Of a stretch of 64,000 nt of DNA, positions 48,725-59,901 are shown piece after piece (the first letter of the stretch is position 1; each line of letters begins with the position of its first letter). The stretch comes from Candidatus Poribacteria bacterium (GTDB lineage: Bacteria > Poribacteria > WGA-4E > JAJDTR01), in the NCBI GenBank assembly GCA_965222225.1, contig CBDCTK010000002.1:352001-416000 (forward strand). The letters run 5' to 3'. The position numbers and the translations under genes were made by a program. The notes under the pieces were generated by a model, which was not told where the DNA came from, did not search any database, and worked only from the letters and a program-made list of their open reading frames with translations.

Positions 48725-51478
48725 ATGTTTGAGAGAAAGAGTCCGATGAATCCCAATCAGCCTTTAAAGGTTGCGATTTCAATCCTCACAGTCTGTCTGA
48801 TGCTGCATGTTTATGTTCAGGCAGGTGAAGCACAAACGGAATCCGCCAAGAATCAGGGCAAGCAGTTAATTGACGATTTTGCGCAGCGTGCAACCGCGAC
48901 TCTTAATGGACAGGTCAACTGGGAAAATATGGATCTCTCCCAGACAACCGTACAGGTGTACAGAGACAAGACATTGACCGAATTATACACAGGTGTTACC
49001 AAAATTGAAGGCGGGCCCTTTTCCATAAAGGTTGAACCGGGCAGCTATTATGTTGTAGCTTTCGTTGACGTAAACAGGTCAGGGAAATTCGACGATGGCG
49101 ACGGTATGGGAATCTTGGGAATTGAGGATTGGCGTAATTCGGGTCAACAAAAGCAGTTGCTCAAGGTTGGTCCGCAACAGACTATTTCTGGGTTGATGAT
49201 TCTTGTGACGGCGAGAAATCAAAGGGGTAAGGTCGTTAGTGCTCAGCAATATCGGCCGGATGCAATTGACCAATTTAAGTCAGAACTTGAGAAAACCTCT
49301 TCCGGTGTAAAAGGAAGTATCAGTTATGCCACTCGTGCTTCTCTTGAAAATACCTCTGTACGCGCCTATACAGATCTTTCTTGGAAATACCTGGCAACCC
49401 AAACCGGGATAGAGGGTGATGGAAGTTTTACCCTCAATTTGAAGCCCGGGAAATATTACTTGATGGTCGTTATTGATTGGAACGATTCAAATCTTATTGA
49501 TCACGGGGATTGGCTGGGTATCCACGGAATTAACAATCTACAAAGTCGGAAGGCGTTTCCCGAACCCATTTTAGTCACCGCCAATAAATTCACGAAAGAC
49601 GTTCAAATTCAGATTTCAGGAAAGCAGCTTGAAAGTGGTCGAGTCGTCCCACTCGTTGACGCCGATTCTGCTTCGACTCCCTTGGACGATAAAATCGTTG
49701 AAGTCTCGGGTACAGTCGTATGGCGGGGGCATAATCTTGATGGATGTGTTTTACAGGTCTATGTGGACCCGACCTTGATACGACCTGTTCAGCAAGTGGA
49801 AGTTGAGGCGGATGGTAACTTCAGATTTCAACTGCGTCCGGGAGATTACTATATGATAGCCAGTGTAGACGCGGACGGGAATGGTCAATATGGTTCTAGT
49901 GACGGAGTTGGTGGTTACGGTACGTTGGACATGACAACTAGACCACCTACGGCACTCACGCTTACAAGTGGCGAAAATGCCAAGATTGAAATTGTGGTGA
50001 GTGCGCAATATGATGTAGATGGTCAACTTCAACCAACCGAATCGAAACATAGAATTTCGCAGTCAAGCAACGCCGAGACAGGTATATCCGGACGTATCGT
50101 GTGGGATGGCAAGAAATTCAAAGGAGGGATTCTGTCGCTTTCCAATATGCCGACGTTTAGCTCTGTTATTCCGATAGCTCTCAACTTGGAAGACGACGGT
50201 CGGTATAAAGTGGCAGTTCCTCCGGGCGATTATTACGTGACGGTAGCCGTTGATGTTGACGCGGATGGGCAAACAGGTCTAAGGGATGGAGTTGGTGTCT
50301 ACGGAACACGTCAACCTGTTCGCGGTACGCCACAATTGGTTTCCGTGTTTAATGATTATGTTACGCCCCATATTGACATTGAGATATTCGCAATGTACAT
50401 TGATTCGGAAGGCAACATCGCCGAATTTGAGGATGGTCACAGGTCCGAGATAAAATACCAACATGGGGACCCGGAAGACATATTTCAGTTCACGCGTTTC
50501 GGACGCGAGTTCGAGGAGTGGTGGTATTGGACGCAAGGACATCATTTCACGTTTTCCCTGACTCCCTCCGGTTGGAAATTGCAGGACCAACAGGAGTTTG
50601 AACCAAAGGTAAGCCTACAGCAACTCGCGCAAGCGCAACATCAGTTTGAGAGCGCGGGATGGCATTCTGATACGGATAATGCCTTGGAGTCAACCTTACT
50701 AAATGCCGCATTTTATTATAGCTACGATGGAATCATCTGGGAATATCACCCAATGGGCGCGTTACAACCTGTGGGTGCAGGGAGTTACCCGACCGTTGCT
50801 CAGAATGGACGACTCGTCTACTTGGATACAGAAGGAAATGTGCTTGGCCGAGATGCTGGTTCTCAAGACTCAAAACTTCTCTTGAGTCGCCAGGAACTGG
50901 CAAAGGAAGTTGTAATTTCTCCGTCAGGGGAGTACATCGGATTCACGCAGCAGCAAATCGATCGACAGCGAATCTTCATCCGACATTTGCCGTCAAATAG
51001 CGAATTTCTTCTTCCTTCTACGGCACGAGAAATGGGCTCGCCGAGGTGGAGCAGCAATGAAGAAATCCTGGCATATAGTACACGCGGAAGTATTGAAAAC
51101 GTGGGTAATCGAACAGGTCGAAACATCTACGCGTATGATCGAATCAACGAACGCATAGAACCGGTTGTAATTAGTAATGAAGATGATGCCGATCCCGCAT
51201 GGTCACCATCAGATGCTAATCTCATTGCGTTCTCGCGTGCCGAAGGAGGACATCGTCAAATCTGGCTCATTAAGTTCAATAGGGAAGGCGAACCGTCAGA
51301 GAATCAACTTACCCGGTACGGGGGCGAAAACCCGGTCTGGCTCCCGGACGGTTCAATAATCCTTTACGAAAGCAACGGTCAACTGTGGTTAATTTCGCGC
51401 GATGGAAGCGATAGCCGACCCGTTATTCATGAAGGCCAACTACTGTATGGCAATGAGCCATACGTTGTTCCCCAATGA
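48725..51478 (+). CDS. Secreted multidomain protein: four beta-sandwich repeats with DxDxDG Ca-binding-like loops plus a C-terminal TolB-like propeller
   Basis: 4x (PG.YY....D.(N/D).....D..G..G); PD40-like ISPSG, PRWSS, PAWSP, PVWLPDG. Confidence 0.75.
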   Translation: MFERKSPMNPNQPLKVAISILTVCLMLHVYVQAGEAQTESAKNQGKQLIDDFAQRATATLNGQVNWENMDLSQTTVQVYRDKTLTELYTGVTKIEGGPFSIKVEPGSYYVVAFVDVNRSGKFDDGDGMGILGIEDWRNSGQQKQLLKVGPQQTISGLMILVTARNQRGKVVSAQQYRPDAIDQFKSELEKTSSGVKGSISYATRASLENTSVRAYTDLSWKYLATQTGIEGDGSFTLNLKPGKYYLMVVIDWNDSNLIDHGDWLGIHGINNLQSRKAFPEPILVTANKFTKDVQIQISGKQLESGRVVPLVDADSASTPLDDKIVEVSGTVVWRGHNLDGCVLQVYVDPTLIRPVQQVEVEADGNFRFQLRPGDYYMIASVDADGNGQYGSSDGVGGYGTLDMTTRPPTALTLTSGENAKIEIVVSAQYDVDGQLQPTESKHRISQSSNAETGISGRIVWDGKKFKGGILSLSNMPTFSSVIPIALNLEDDGRYKVAVPPGDYYVTVAVDVDADGQTGLRDGVGVYGTRQPVRGTPQLVSVFNDYVTPHIDIEIFAMYIDSEGNIAEFEDGHRSEIKYQHGDPEDIFQFTRFGREFEEWWYWTQGHHFTFSLTPSGWKLQDQQEFEPKVSLQQLAQAQHQFESAGWHSDTDNALESTLLNAAFYYSYDGIIWEYHPMGALQPVGAGSYPTVAQNGRLVYLDTEGNVLGRDAGSQDSKLLLSRQELAKEVVISPSGEYIGFTQQQIDRQRIFIRHLPSNSEFLLPSTAREMGSPRWSSNEEILAYSTRGSIENVGNRTGRNIYAYDRINERIEPVVISNEDDADPAWSPSDANLIAFSRAEGGHRQIWLIKFNREGEPSENQLTRYGGENPVWLPDGSIILYESNGQLWLISRDGSDSRPVIHEGQLLYGNEPYVVPQ

Positions 51479-52812
51479 CACGACGACTCAGCCCCGCAGG
51501 TAGAAAAATGCTTTCACTCAACCGCCTTTTAATAGTACTTATATTTTCGCTAATGTCAATAGTGAACACCGGCTTGGCGCAGTGGATGCTTGTACCGATG
51601 GACCGAGTTCAAACCAATCACCTCAAAGCATACGGCTTGACCTACTGGACGCTCCAAACGCCACGAGAGTATAATACGAAGTGGCTGCTGAACTATCGCG
51701 GCGGTGCGTTTCTCCTTTCCGATTCGCCTGATGTGCGAGCTCAAGCACAGCGTATGGGAGTTAGTTTTGAACCCATCTCCAATCTTGAATACGGCGGTAT
51801 TCAAGCGGAGCTAGAGGGGAGCAACATGGACGAAATTCTTCTGGAGAAAGCGCCGAAGATCGCTGTCTATGCACCGCCTGATAATACGCCTTATCGCGAT
51901 CCCTGGGATGATGCGGTAAAACTTGCATTGGACTATGCGCAAATACCGTACGATAAAATCTGGGATGAGCAAGTTGCAGCAGGTGTTTTGTCGCTGGGCG
52001 AATATGACTGGCTCCACTTGCATCATGAGGATTTTACCGGGCAGCATGGAAAGTTTTACAGAACTTTCAAGAGCGCGGTTTGGTATCAACAACGTGTGCG
52101 TTTGTTCGAAGAAGCTGCCGCCAAAGCTGGATTTAATCGCGTGCCGACTCTCAAAGGATTCATCTCCCAGCGAATCCAAGATTATGTCGTTGGTGGGGGT
52201 TTTATTTTTGCAATGTGTTCTGCACCTGAAACACTAGATATCGCGTGCGCGACAAAGGCAGGGCGTGTCGACATTGTTGAACCGGAGTTGGATGGTACGC
52301 CGCTCGATCCGAATTACCAAGCACAGTTGGATTTTGAGCGAACCTTCGCATTCGAAAATTTCATGCTATACACGGATCCGAATCGATATGAGTTTTCCAA
52401 CATAGATAATCCACAGCCCGACTTCAACCCGTTATCGGGTGTTGAAGATTTCGTTCTATTTGAGTTCGCTGCCAAGCACGATCCGATACCTACAATGCTC
52501 ACGCAGAACCATGTGAGTAAGGTGCGTGGTTACCTAGGACAAACTACGTCCTTCAATAAAGCCACAATTCGGGATACGGTAACGGTTCTCGGTGACATTG
52601 AGGGCAGCCGATACGCGAAGTACATCCACGGAAAATTGGGAAAAGGTACCTTCACCTTTCTCGGTGGGCACGACCCGGAGGATTATAGACATTCCGTTGG
52701 CGAAGGCAAGATCCCGACCAACCTAGATCTTCACAAACATTCACCGGGGTATCGACTTATTCTTAACAACATACTCTTTCCCGCCGCAAGAAAGAAGCTG
52801 CAAAAGACATGA
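51475..52812 (+). CDS. Secreted conserved protein of the Bacteroidota family usually mislabelled 'asparagine synthetase B' (GATase1-like fold)
   Basis: PMD..Q.NHLKAYG, WLLNYRGG, DPWDDAV, YDWLHLHHEDFTGQ.GKF, FAMCSA, GGHDPEDY.H, SPGYRLILNN.LFPAA. Confidence 0.8.
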   Translation: MTRRLSPAGRKMLSLNRLLIVLIFSLMSIVNTGLAQWMLVPMDRVQTNHLKAYGLTYWTLQTPREYNTKWLLNYRGGAFLLSDSPDVRAQAQRMGVSFEPISNLEYGGIQAELEGSNMDEILLEKAPKIAVYAPPDNTPYRDPWDDAVKLALDYAQIPYDKIWDEQVAAGVLSLGEYDWLHLHHEDFTGQHGKFYRTFKSAVWYQQRVRLFEEAAAKAGFNRVPTLKGFISQRIQDYVVGGGFIFAMCSAPETLDIACATKAGRVDIVEPELDGTPLDPNYQAQLDFERTFAFENFMLYTDPNRYEFSNIDNPQPDFNPLSGVEDFVLFEFAAKHDPIPTMLTQNHVSKVRGYLGQTTSFNKATIRDTVTVLGDIEGSRYAKYIHGKLGKGTFTFLGGHDPEDYRHSVGEGKIPTNLDLHKHSPGYRLILNNILFPAARKKLQKT

Positions 52813-52866
52813 GATATAAACTTAGCGACCACAAAAAGCGCTGATTTGCACTTCGTATTGGTGGTT

Positions 52867-53113
52867 ATACCTTTTCGTTTGAATAGCATGAATAACAGTG
52901 CAAATGATGTTTTAATTATATCATTTTCTTTCTCCGTAGGCGGGGATCAAGCGAGCGCGATAGAAATCCCCTCAAGTGACCGAATAGGGAACGCGATAGC
53001 AATCCCCTTGCCCCGCCGACTTTATGCGGCGACAAGGCATCTTATTCCACTCCACACAAGTTTCTTTACTTGACCCACGCAATTAATGCACTTGAATTTG
53101 GGATAAACGATAT
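52867..53113. mobile_element. MITE copy 3 carrying two tandem 35-bp-type inserts (F1 52946-52970, internally deleted; F2 52971-53005)
   Basis: Colinear with 27626-27840; right end degenerate. Confidence 0.75.
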
Positions 53114-53220
53114 GAGTAGAGATCGGTTAGGAACCACGGGGCTCCATTTCGTATGGACAGGATTTTTTCTCGGCATTCCACCGTTTATTTTGTCGACATT
53201 GCATTCTTTACTGCTGCATT

Positions 53221-55323
53221 ATGAAACTTGCTACATTAGCAACCTGCAATCTTAATCAGTGGGCACTTGATTTTAGCGGTAATTTTGAGAGGATAATTGA
53301 ATCTATCCAAGTTGCCAAGAGCAGAGGTGCTCGATATCGGTTGGGTCCGGAACTCGAAATTCCGGGTTATGGTTGCGAGGATGCTTTTTTGGAAGATGAC
53401 ACGTTCCTCCATTCGTGGGAATGTCTTGGTGAGATTCTTAAAAGTGACTTGACAGATAATATCCTCTGCGACACCGGTATGCCCGTTATGCACAAGAATG
53501 TACGATATAATTGCAGAGTCATCGTGTTAAACGGGAAGATTCTCTTTATCCGCCCTAAGCTTGTGCTTGCGTCCGATCGCAACTATCGAGAACCACGATG
53601 GTTCGTTCCTTGGCAATTGCCCAGCAAGTTGGAAGAACACTACCTGCCAAGGATGATTCGGGAAATTACGGGGCAGGCTACTGTACCTTTTGGCGATGGC
53701 GCTATTGCCACTCGGGATACAGCACTCGCTCCCGAGACCTGCGAGGAACTTTTTGCACCCAATAGCCCGCATATTTATCTTGGTCTTGATGGAGTCGAGA
53801 TTATTGCGAACGGATCGGGCTCCCATCACGAACTAAGAAAACTAAATCAGCGGGTTGACCTGATACGGAATGGCACATCGAAAAACGGAGGTGTATATCT
53901 CTACTCCAATCAGAGGGGGTGCGATGGCGGACGCCTTTACTTCGACGGATGCGCGCTTATTGCGGTCAACGGCGAGGTTGTCGCACAAGGCCAGCAATTT
54001 TCGTTGCAAGATGTCGAAGTCGTTACTGCCACAGTGAACCTTGAGGATGTTCGGTCATACCGTGGTGCCATGGTAAGTCGTTCGGTTCAAGCCAGTCAAT
54101 CTCAGCCAATTCCGCGCATTGATGTAGATTTTGATTTGACCGTGGAGGAATATCAGATTGCGCCTTCTGTGCCAACAAAGGTCCGATACCATCTCCCGGA
54201 GGAGGAGATTGCGTGTGGCCCCAGTTGCTGGCTATGGGATTACCTCAGACGGTCTGGTGCGTGCGGTTATTTTCTGCCAATATCCGGCGGATCCGATAGT
54301 TCGTCCGTGGCAACCATGGTTGGCTCAATGTGTCAGATGGTGGTCAATGAGACGGCACAAGGAAATCAACAAGTTATTCGCGATGTTCGCCGATTAGTTG
54401 GAAAAGAAGATACCGATTACTTCCCGGTAGACGCGCGCGAGCTGGCAAACCGTGTCTTCTACACTTGCTATATGGGTACGGAAAATAGTTCCAAGGCGAC
54501 ACGAAGTCGGGCAAAGGTTTTGACGAATCAAATTGGCTCATTCCACTTGGACGCCAATATTGATTCGATAGTTACCGCCATGTTTGAACTCTTTGTGCGC
54601 TTGACCTCAAAAGCGCCTCGATTTAAAGTTGAGGGAGGGACAGATGCCGAAAACGCTGCTCTACAGAACATCCAAGCGCGTTTGCGCATGGTATTGTCCT
54701 ATTTCCTGGCACAACTTTTACCGTGGGTAAGAGGCAAACATGGAGGATTGCTAGTATTGGGAACTGCCAATGTGGATGAGAGTTTACGCGGCTATATGAC
54801 AAAGTACGATTGCAGTAGCGCAGATATCAACCCGATTGGCGCCATTAGTAAAACGGACCTACGCTCGTTTCTGCGATGGGCATCGGAAAATCTCGGATAT
54901 ACCTCCCTCACAGAAATCGTCGAAGCGCCCTCAACCGCCGAATTGGAACCGTTGACCGAAACACATGTGCAGGAAGATGAAGCGGACATGGGCATGACTT
55001 ATGCCGAACTTAGCCGATTTGGCAGATTACGGAAAGTTCATCGTTGTGGTCCTGTGAGTATGTTTGAAAAGCTTGTCCACGAGTGGACACATCTCGCCCC
55101 TAGCGAAGTTGCCGTAAAAGTTAAGAGATTCTTTCGGTATTACGCCATCAATCGTCACAAAATGACGACCCTAACGCCGTCTTATCACGCGGAGTCCTAT
55201 TCACCGGATGACAATCGGTTTGATCTTCGACAGTTTCTCTACAATGTAAGATGGACGTGGCAATTCCACAAAATGGATGAACTTGTGGAAAAAATGCACG
55301 AGAAAAACAGAACGCGAGTTTAA
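53221..55323 (+). CDS. nadE: Glutamine-dependent NAD+ synthetase, eukaryote (NADSYN1/Qns1)-type
   Basis: Nitrilase triad (GPELE, RPKL, ETCEE), SGGSDS P-loop, [37 protein letters not shown]. Confidence 0.95.
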   Translation: MKLATLATCNLNQWALDFSGNFERIIESIQVAKSRGARYRLGPELEIPGYGCEDAFLEDDTFLHSWECLGEILKSDLTDNILCDTGMPVMHKNVRYNCRVIVLNGKILFIRPKLVLASDRNYREPRWFVPWQLPSKLEEHYLPRMIREITGQATVPFGDGAIATRDTALAPETCEELFAPNSPHIYLGLDGVEIIANGSGSHHELRKLNQRVDLIRNGTSKNGGVYLYSNQRGCDGGRLYFDGCALIAVNGEVVAQGQQFSLQDVEVVTATVNLEDVRSYRGAMVSRSVQASQSQPIPRIDVDFDLTVEEYQIAPSVPTKVRYHLPEEEIACGPSCWLWDYLRRSGACGYFLPISGGSDSSSVATMVGSMCQMVVNETAQGNQQVIRDVRRLVGKEDTDYFPVDARELANRVFYTCYMGTENSSKATRSRAKVLTNQIGSFHLDANIDSIVTAMFELFVRLTSKAPRFKVEGGTDAENAALQNIQARLRMVLSYFLAQLLPWVRGKHGGLLVLGTANVDESLRGYMTKYDCSSADINPIGAISKTDLRSFLRWASENLGYTSLTEIVEAPSTAELEPLTETHVQEDEADMGMTYAELSRFGRLRKVHRCGPVSMFEKLVHEWTHLAPSEVAVKVKRFFRYYAINRHKMTTLTPSYHAESYSPDDNRFDLRQFLYNVRWTWQFHKMDELVEKMHEKNRTRV

Positions 55324-56971
55324 GATGAGTCTAGGTCTAGCAGACGTTCAAACATTCAAGCGTTCAGTCTCCCCTAAATCTACCAGCATATTAACTATAT
55401 TGCGATGCGCAACATGCAACTCGCACTACCCTCCACTTTTCACCTTTAACGCATGCCTTATTGTCTTCTCCTTCCTTGTAGTAAGTGCAGTCAATGCTAC
55501 GCCAGACGCGGTTTTCCATTTCGACGCATGGGTGAATTCTGCTCTAGAAAAACTAGAAACCGATGGTGTTACTGGCGGTTTTCACCGGCACACACGTCCC
55601 CACACACGTCGCCAGATTGCAGAAGTGATACGTCAAGCACGGCGCCGGCTTGCCAGTGGAAGGAGTAAACCATCCCCCATAACAATGGAACTTCTGGAAA
55701 AATTACAATGTGAGTTCGCTCCGGAGTTAGCCCTCCTATCAGGTCAAGACGATGGGGGTGGATTGCGCGCTCGCGGGACTATCCAGTTGCGGAGTAGACG
55801 AGATAGCTCGGAACTCGGTCCTGTGTATGAAGGGGCGATTATTTATGATGCGGGCGCGTGGATGACGCTCTATCAAGAATTTGAGGTTGCGAACTTGCCG
55901 GAGAAGTATCCAATTCATGGTAAGACTGCTTCGAAACGTCTAAAGTCTTGGCGCGGAGATTTTTCAGCTGACTTCAAGAGAGTTTATCTGCGTTTCCCGA
56001 TTTCCAAGTTCGAACTACTCATAGGCCGTGATCAACTCTTCTGGGGCACAGGATTTCGCGGAGCGGTTGGAATTTCCGATAACTCGCCTCCATTCGATCT
56101 TATTTTGCTGACCGGCAAATTCGGTAAAATTAGAGGAACGTCCTTCACGGCACAACTCGACCAGGTTTGGCATGACGAGGAGCCTCGTCGCTATCTCGCT
56201 AGTCGCTATCTGGCAGGGCACCGATTGGATTACCAAATCAACGACCGCGTTGAGGTCGGAGTCTCGGAGCTAATCTTGTACGGAGGAGAAACACAAGGGG
56301 TTGAATGGCAGTATTTCAATCCAATCCTGCCGTATTATGCCAGCCAATACAATGCTGATAAAGACGACAATGTAATGTTTCTTTTCGAGGGAGCAGTTCG
56401 TCCTGTTGATGGGTTACGTCTTTACGGAGAATTCCTCATGGATGATGTCCATTACGTTAAGGCGAATGATCCAAACGCTGTAGCATGGCTCACGGGGCTG
56501 GAATGGAACCGCACACTCGAATCACGCCGACTAGGGATTCGTACCGAATACGCTCGTGTAAATCGGTGGGCGTATACGCACCTCGTTCAAGAGAATCAGT
56601 TCACCCATTTTGGTTCGATTATTGGACATGAGATTGGAGTAGATGCCGATATTTCTTATCTCGAAGGAAATTATCTGATAAACGCTGATACCCGCGTAAA
56701 CCTGTTCTTTGAGTTGGAACGTCAAGGAGAAGCAGGAGTTGAGGACCGCTATGCCGGTGAAGATTTCCGATTAATCCCGTTTCCATCCGGTGTCGTTGAA
56801 CGCCGGCACAGTTTCGGGTTTCGGTTCGTGTACGAGCCACTCCGTGCTTGGCAATTAGATTTTTCATATCGACACGCTTATACTCTAAACGGGAATCATC
56901 AACGCGGAATCAGTCGGAACTCTAATCATCTTGAGTTCCAGTTCCGATATCTTTGGGAACGAGGTTTTTAA
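55277..56971 (+). CDS. Capsule assembly Wzi-family outer-membrane protein (true start probably downstream, e.g. 55325)
   Basis: RPHTRRQIA helical N-domain, [43 protein letters not shown]. Confidence 0.8.
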   Translation: MNLWKKCTRKTEREFKMSLGLADVQTFKRSVSPKSTSILTILRCATCNSHYPPLFTFNACLIVFSFLVVSAVNATPDAVFHFDAWVNSALEKLETDGVTGGFHRHTRPHTRRQIAEVIRQARRRLASGRSKPSPITMELLEKLQCEFAPELALLSGQDDGGGLRARGTIQLRSRRDSSELGPVYEGAIIYDAGAWMTLYQEFEVANLPEKYPIHGKTASKRLKSWRGDFSADFKRVYLRFPISKFELLIGRDQLFWGTGFRGAVGISDNSPPFDLILLTGKFGKIRGTSFTAQLDQVWHDEEPRRYLASRYLAGHRLDYQINDRVEVGVSELILYGGETQGVEWQYFNPILPYYASQYNADKDDNVMFLFEGAVRPVDGLRLYGEFLMDDVHYVKANDPNAVAWLTGLEWNRTLESRRLGIRTEYARVNRWAYTHLVQENQFTHFGSIIGHEIGVDADISYLEGNYLINADTRVNLFFELERQGEAGVEDRYAGEDFRLIPFPSGVVERRHSFGFRFVYEPLRAWQLDFSYRHAYTLNGNHQRGISRNSNHLEFQFRYLWERGF

Positions 56972-57402
56972 CACATGCTGATACATACTGGGACACGAGC
57001 ACTCTAGACTATAGCAGCCCTGCCAGTTGAGTAATCAAAACAGGATTTTTTTGGCATAAATTGAGGACTCACACGTATTTGCCGGATACATGGAACATTG
57101 GAGTTGTGTTCGTAGTCAACGAGATACGGAGGTATCTGCGCTGAATTATGCATTTCCTATTATTTTGCAAGTCAGGTTGGTGAATGGCGAGAAAACGAGT
57201 TGGTATTTTCCCAACGATGGGTTATAATAGCTTTTAGACAATAGGGCGACAACCCTGAGCTCCTATGTGCATGACTGAGTTTTTCAAGTCGATAGCTAGG
57301 AGCGCATGATTGGCATCATGTCAAACGGGACTTCATTCATCAGAGTGTGTTCATTGTCGCACTGATATCTTATGTCTTTATACTTTGAACTCAAGAGGTG
57401 AT

Positions 57403-57954
57403 ATGTTTCGAAAAAACGAAATTCTTTTGACACTCAGCCAAATTGTCTTGGGGGCAGTTGTTGGTCTGGTTGGCGGTGGGCTCTGCCTTTTCATCTTTGA
57501 AAAGTTTTTCTTGGGAGTAATAATCTCGGATCGCGTGCAGCACGGGTTTTGGGTAGGATTATTCCTACTGATTTCTTTTGGTGTTACCTATGGTGCCACA
57601 GTTGTCGGAGTCGCTGAGAGCGTACGATTTGCAGGGTTAAAGTTTGGCGTTCATATTGGTCGTAGGGGAACGTACCAAGGCGCCTTCCTTGGAGCTCCGG
57701 CGATTGTCGCGCTTATGTCACTACTAAACATTCAGTGGGCGGAGTTAATTCCACAAAATCTGCTTATCTCACTTCTTTTGCCCGTTTTTCGGGCGCTCGC
57801 CTTTCTTATCTCTTTGCCGCTGCGTGTTCTACTATTGCTTAAATGTCCTCCCGAACTATTGTATATTCTCGCGGCGCCAGTCGGTGCGATTTTGGGATAC
57901 CGACTGAGCCGACGTGCGAACAGTAAAACTGTGCCTCTCGCTGGTGACCAGTAA
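57403..57954 (+). CDS. Hypothetical integral membrane protein
   Basis: RBS GAGG before ATG 57403; several hydrophobic Gly-rich helices. Confidence 0.65.
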   Translation: MFRKNEILLTLSQIVLGAVVGLVGGGLCLFIFEKFFLGVIISDRVQHGFWVGLFLLISFGVTYGATVVGVAESVRFAGLKFGVHIGRRGTYQGAFLGAPAIVALMSLLNIQWAELIPQNLLISLLLPVFRALAFLISLPLRVLLLLKCPPELLYILAAPVGAILGYRLSRRANSKTVPLAGDQ

Positions 57955-58029
57955 AAATTTCTTCCTAAGTGCTAGGAATACAAACTTTCGATTGGGTCCG
58001 ATTCGTCAACAGAATGGAGTAACCACAGC

Positions 58030-59463
58030 ATGCAATATCTTGATGGGAGCGATGACAAGCCAAGGGATGAGTGCGGTGTTTTCGGTGTTTTCGGGCATCC
58101 CAGAGCGGCCGAGTTAACCTATCTTGGATTACGTGCACTTCAACATCGGGGGCAAGAAAGCGCGGGAATCGCTGCATCAAGTAGAGAAGAGTTCCACCAC
58201 CATCTGGGGATGGGGCTCGTCGATCACGTTTTTGATCCGGAAACATTGTCCAAGCTAGAGGGGTATGTTGCAATTGGGCATAATCGTTATTCAACCGCGG
58301 GCAGTAGTAATCTCGAAAACGCCCAACCACTCATTCGGACGTACAAGGGCGGTCCATTGGCAATTGCTCACAACGGAAATCTTGTAAATGCGTCTCAGGT
58401 TCGGGATAATCTAGTGGATACCGGATCAATCTTCCATTCCTCCACGGATACCGAGGTGATTGCCCATTTAATAGCAAGGTCATCGCAGCAGCATTTGGAA
58501 GATCGCGTTGTTGACGCCTTAAAGCAAGTCCAAGGGGCGTACTCCATTCTCATTATGAGTAAGGCTATTCTAATTGCCGCTCGAGATCCCTATGCCTTTC
58601 GGCCGCTCTGGCTTGGACGACTGAATGACGCGCATGTAATTGCCTCCGAAACTTGCGCGTTTGATGTCATTGAAGCCGAAACCGTCCGCGAGATTGAACC
58701 GGGCGAGATAGTTACTATTACCGCGGCTAGGCGCGACCCGACGTCATTCAGATTTCACGATCGCTTGCCCAACCTGTCACAATGTATCTTCGAATACATT
58801 TATCTTGCTAGGCCCGATAGCCTTGTTTTTGGTGAGTTGGTTAATCGCCCAAGGCGTGAACTTGGACGGCAACTCGCACGGGAATGTCCCGCTGATGCCG
58901 ACGTGGTCATTTCTGTGCCGGATTCGGCGACGATCGCCGCTCTTGGTTACTCGGAAGAGTCGGGAATCCCTTTCGATATCGGGCTCTACCGAAACTCGTT
59001 CGTTGGGCGTTCATTCATGCATCCATCTCATCAGATGCGCGAACTCATGGTTAAGGTGAAGTTGAATCCGATTCGGAGTATACTCCAAGGTAAGCGCGTT
59101 GCGGTAATTGATGATTCCATCATGCGAGGGCCCACTTCTCGCCAACTCGTGAAACTCATACGTAAGGGCGGGGCGCTAGAGGTTCATGTCCGTATCGCAT
59201 CTCCTCCCAATCGGTTTCCGTGCTTTTACGGTGTTGACACACCAACTCGGAAGGAGCTAATTGCGAGCTCCCATACTGTTGAAGAGATACGCAAGTATAT
59301 TCGAGCGGATAGTCTAGGCTATCTCAGTACGGAGGGACTGCTAAAGGGTGTCAAGTCCGGCAAGGATTTCTGCACAGCCTGCTTTGATGGTAAGTATCCG
59401 GTCGAATTTAGCGGCGAACAGAGCAGCCAACTTTCCTTGGGTCTTCCGGAAGACGGGGGATAA
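58030..59463 (+). CDS. purF: Amidophosphoribosyltransferase
   Basis: Propeptide plus CGVFG, LQHRGQESAG, GHNRYSTAG, AHNGNL, IDDSIMRG, Fe-S cysteines (FCTACF). Confidence 0.97.
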   Translation: MQYLDGSDDKPRDECGVFGVFGHPRAAELTYLGLRALQHRGQESAGIAASSREEFHHHLGMGLVDHVFDPETLSKLEGYVAIGHNRYSTAGSSNLENAQPLIRTYKGGPLAIAHNGNLVNASQVRDNLVDTGSIFHSSTDTEVIAHLIARSSQQHLEDRVVDALKQVQGAYSILIMSKAILIAARDPYAFRPLWLGRLNDAHVIASETCAFDVIEAETVREIEPGEIVTITAARRDPTSFRFHDRLPNLSQCIFEYIYLARPDSLVFGELVNRPRRELGRQLARECPADADVVISVPDSATIAALGYSEESGIPFDIGLYRNSFVGRSFMHPSHQMRELMVKVKLNPIRSILQGKRVAVIDDSIMRGPTSRQLVKLIRKGGALEVHVRIASPPNRFPCFYGVDTPTRKELIASSHTVEEIRKYIRADSLGYLSTEGLLKGVKSGKDFCTACFDGKYPVEFSGEQSSQLSLGLPEDGG

Positions 59464-59637
59464 TCGGAGTACAGACAAAATATAAGGTTTGGAGGTGCGT
59501 CGGCACACGGTTTAGTTATCGATAAATCAGGGAGACGTTTCATGCGTCGACGATTAAGGCGTAGCATTCAAAGTAACTATTTTATACCCAACTCGAAAAC
59601 CTTCAAGCAGGTGCATTCGGATCAAGGCAGATACACG

Positions 59638-59901
59638 ATGTATGCCTTGGTAATCTGCGCGATAATTGGCTTGGCAATGAGTAAACTGTTGCAACCGGTT
59701 ATTCGCATGCTCAATCCGACGATTGCCCGAAGTAGTGTGCCCGATGTAGCAAATGTGGTTGCCTTCGGGTTGAGCGCAATTGTATTGATTGTCCTGCTCT
59801 TGAATATGAAATCAATCATGAACGTGGTTGTGCCAGCAAACGAGAGACGTCGCTTAAAGGCTTTTAACAACCGAAGAAAATCGAATCAAGCCGATGACTG
59901 A
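59638..59901 (+). CDS. Small membrane protein between purF and purM (start uncertain)
   Basis: Two hydrophobic helices; stop overlaps the purM start. Confidence 0.5.
   Translation: MYALVICAIIGLAMSKLLQPVIRMLNPTIARSSVPDVANVVAFGLSAIVLIVLLLNMKSIMNVVVPANERRRLKAFNNRRKSNQADD

Noticed and set aside
51475-52812. True asparagine synthetase AsnB
   Set aside because: No N-terminal Ntn Cys or SGGLDS motif, and it has a signal peptide.
8531-53005. 35-bp repeats as CRISPR direct repeats
   Set aside because: They are dispersed and divergent, lack regular unique spacers, and no cas genes are present in the window.
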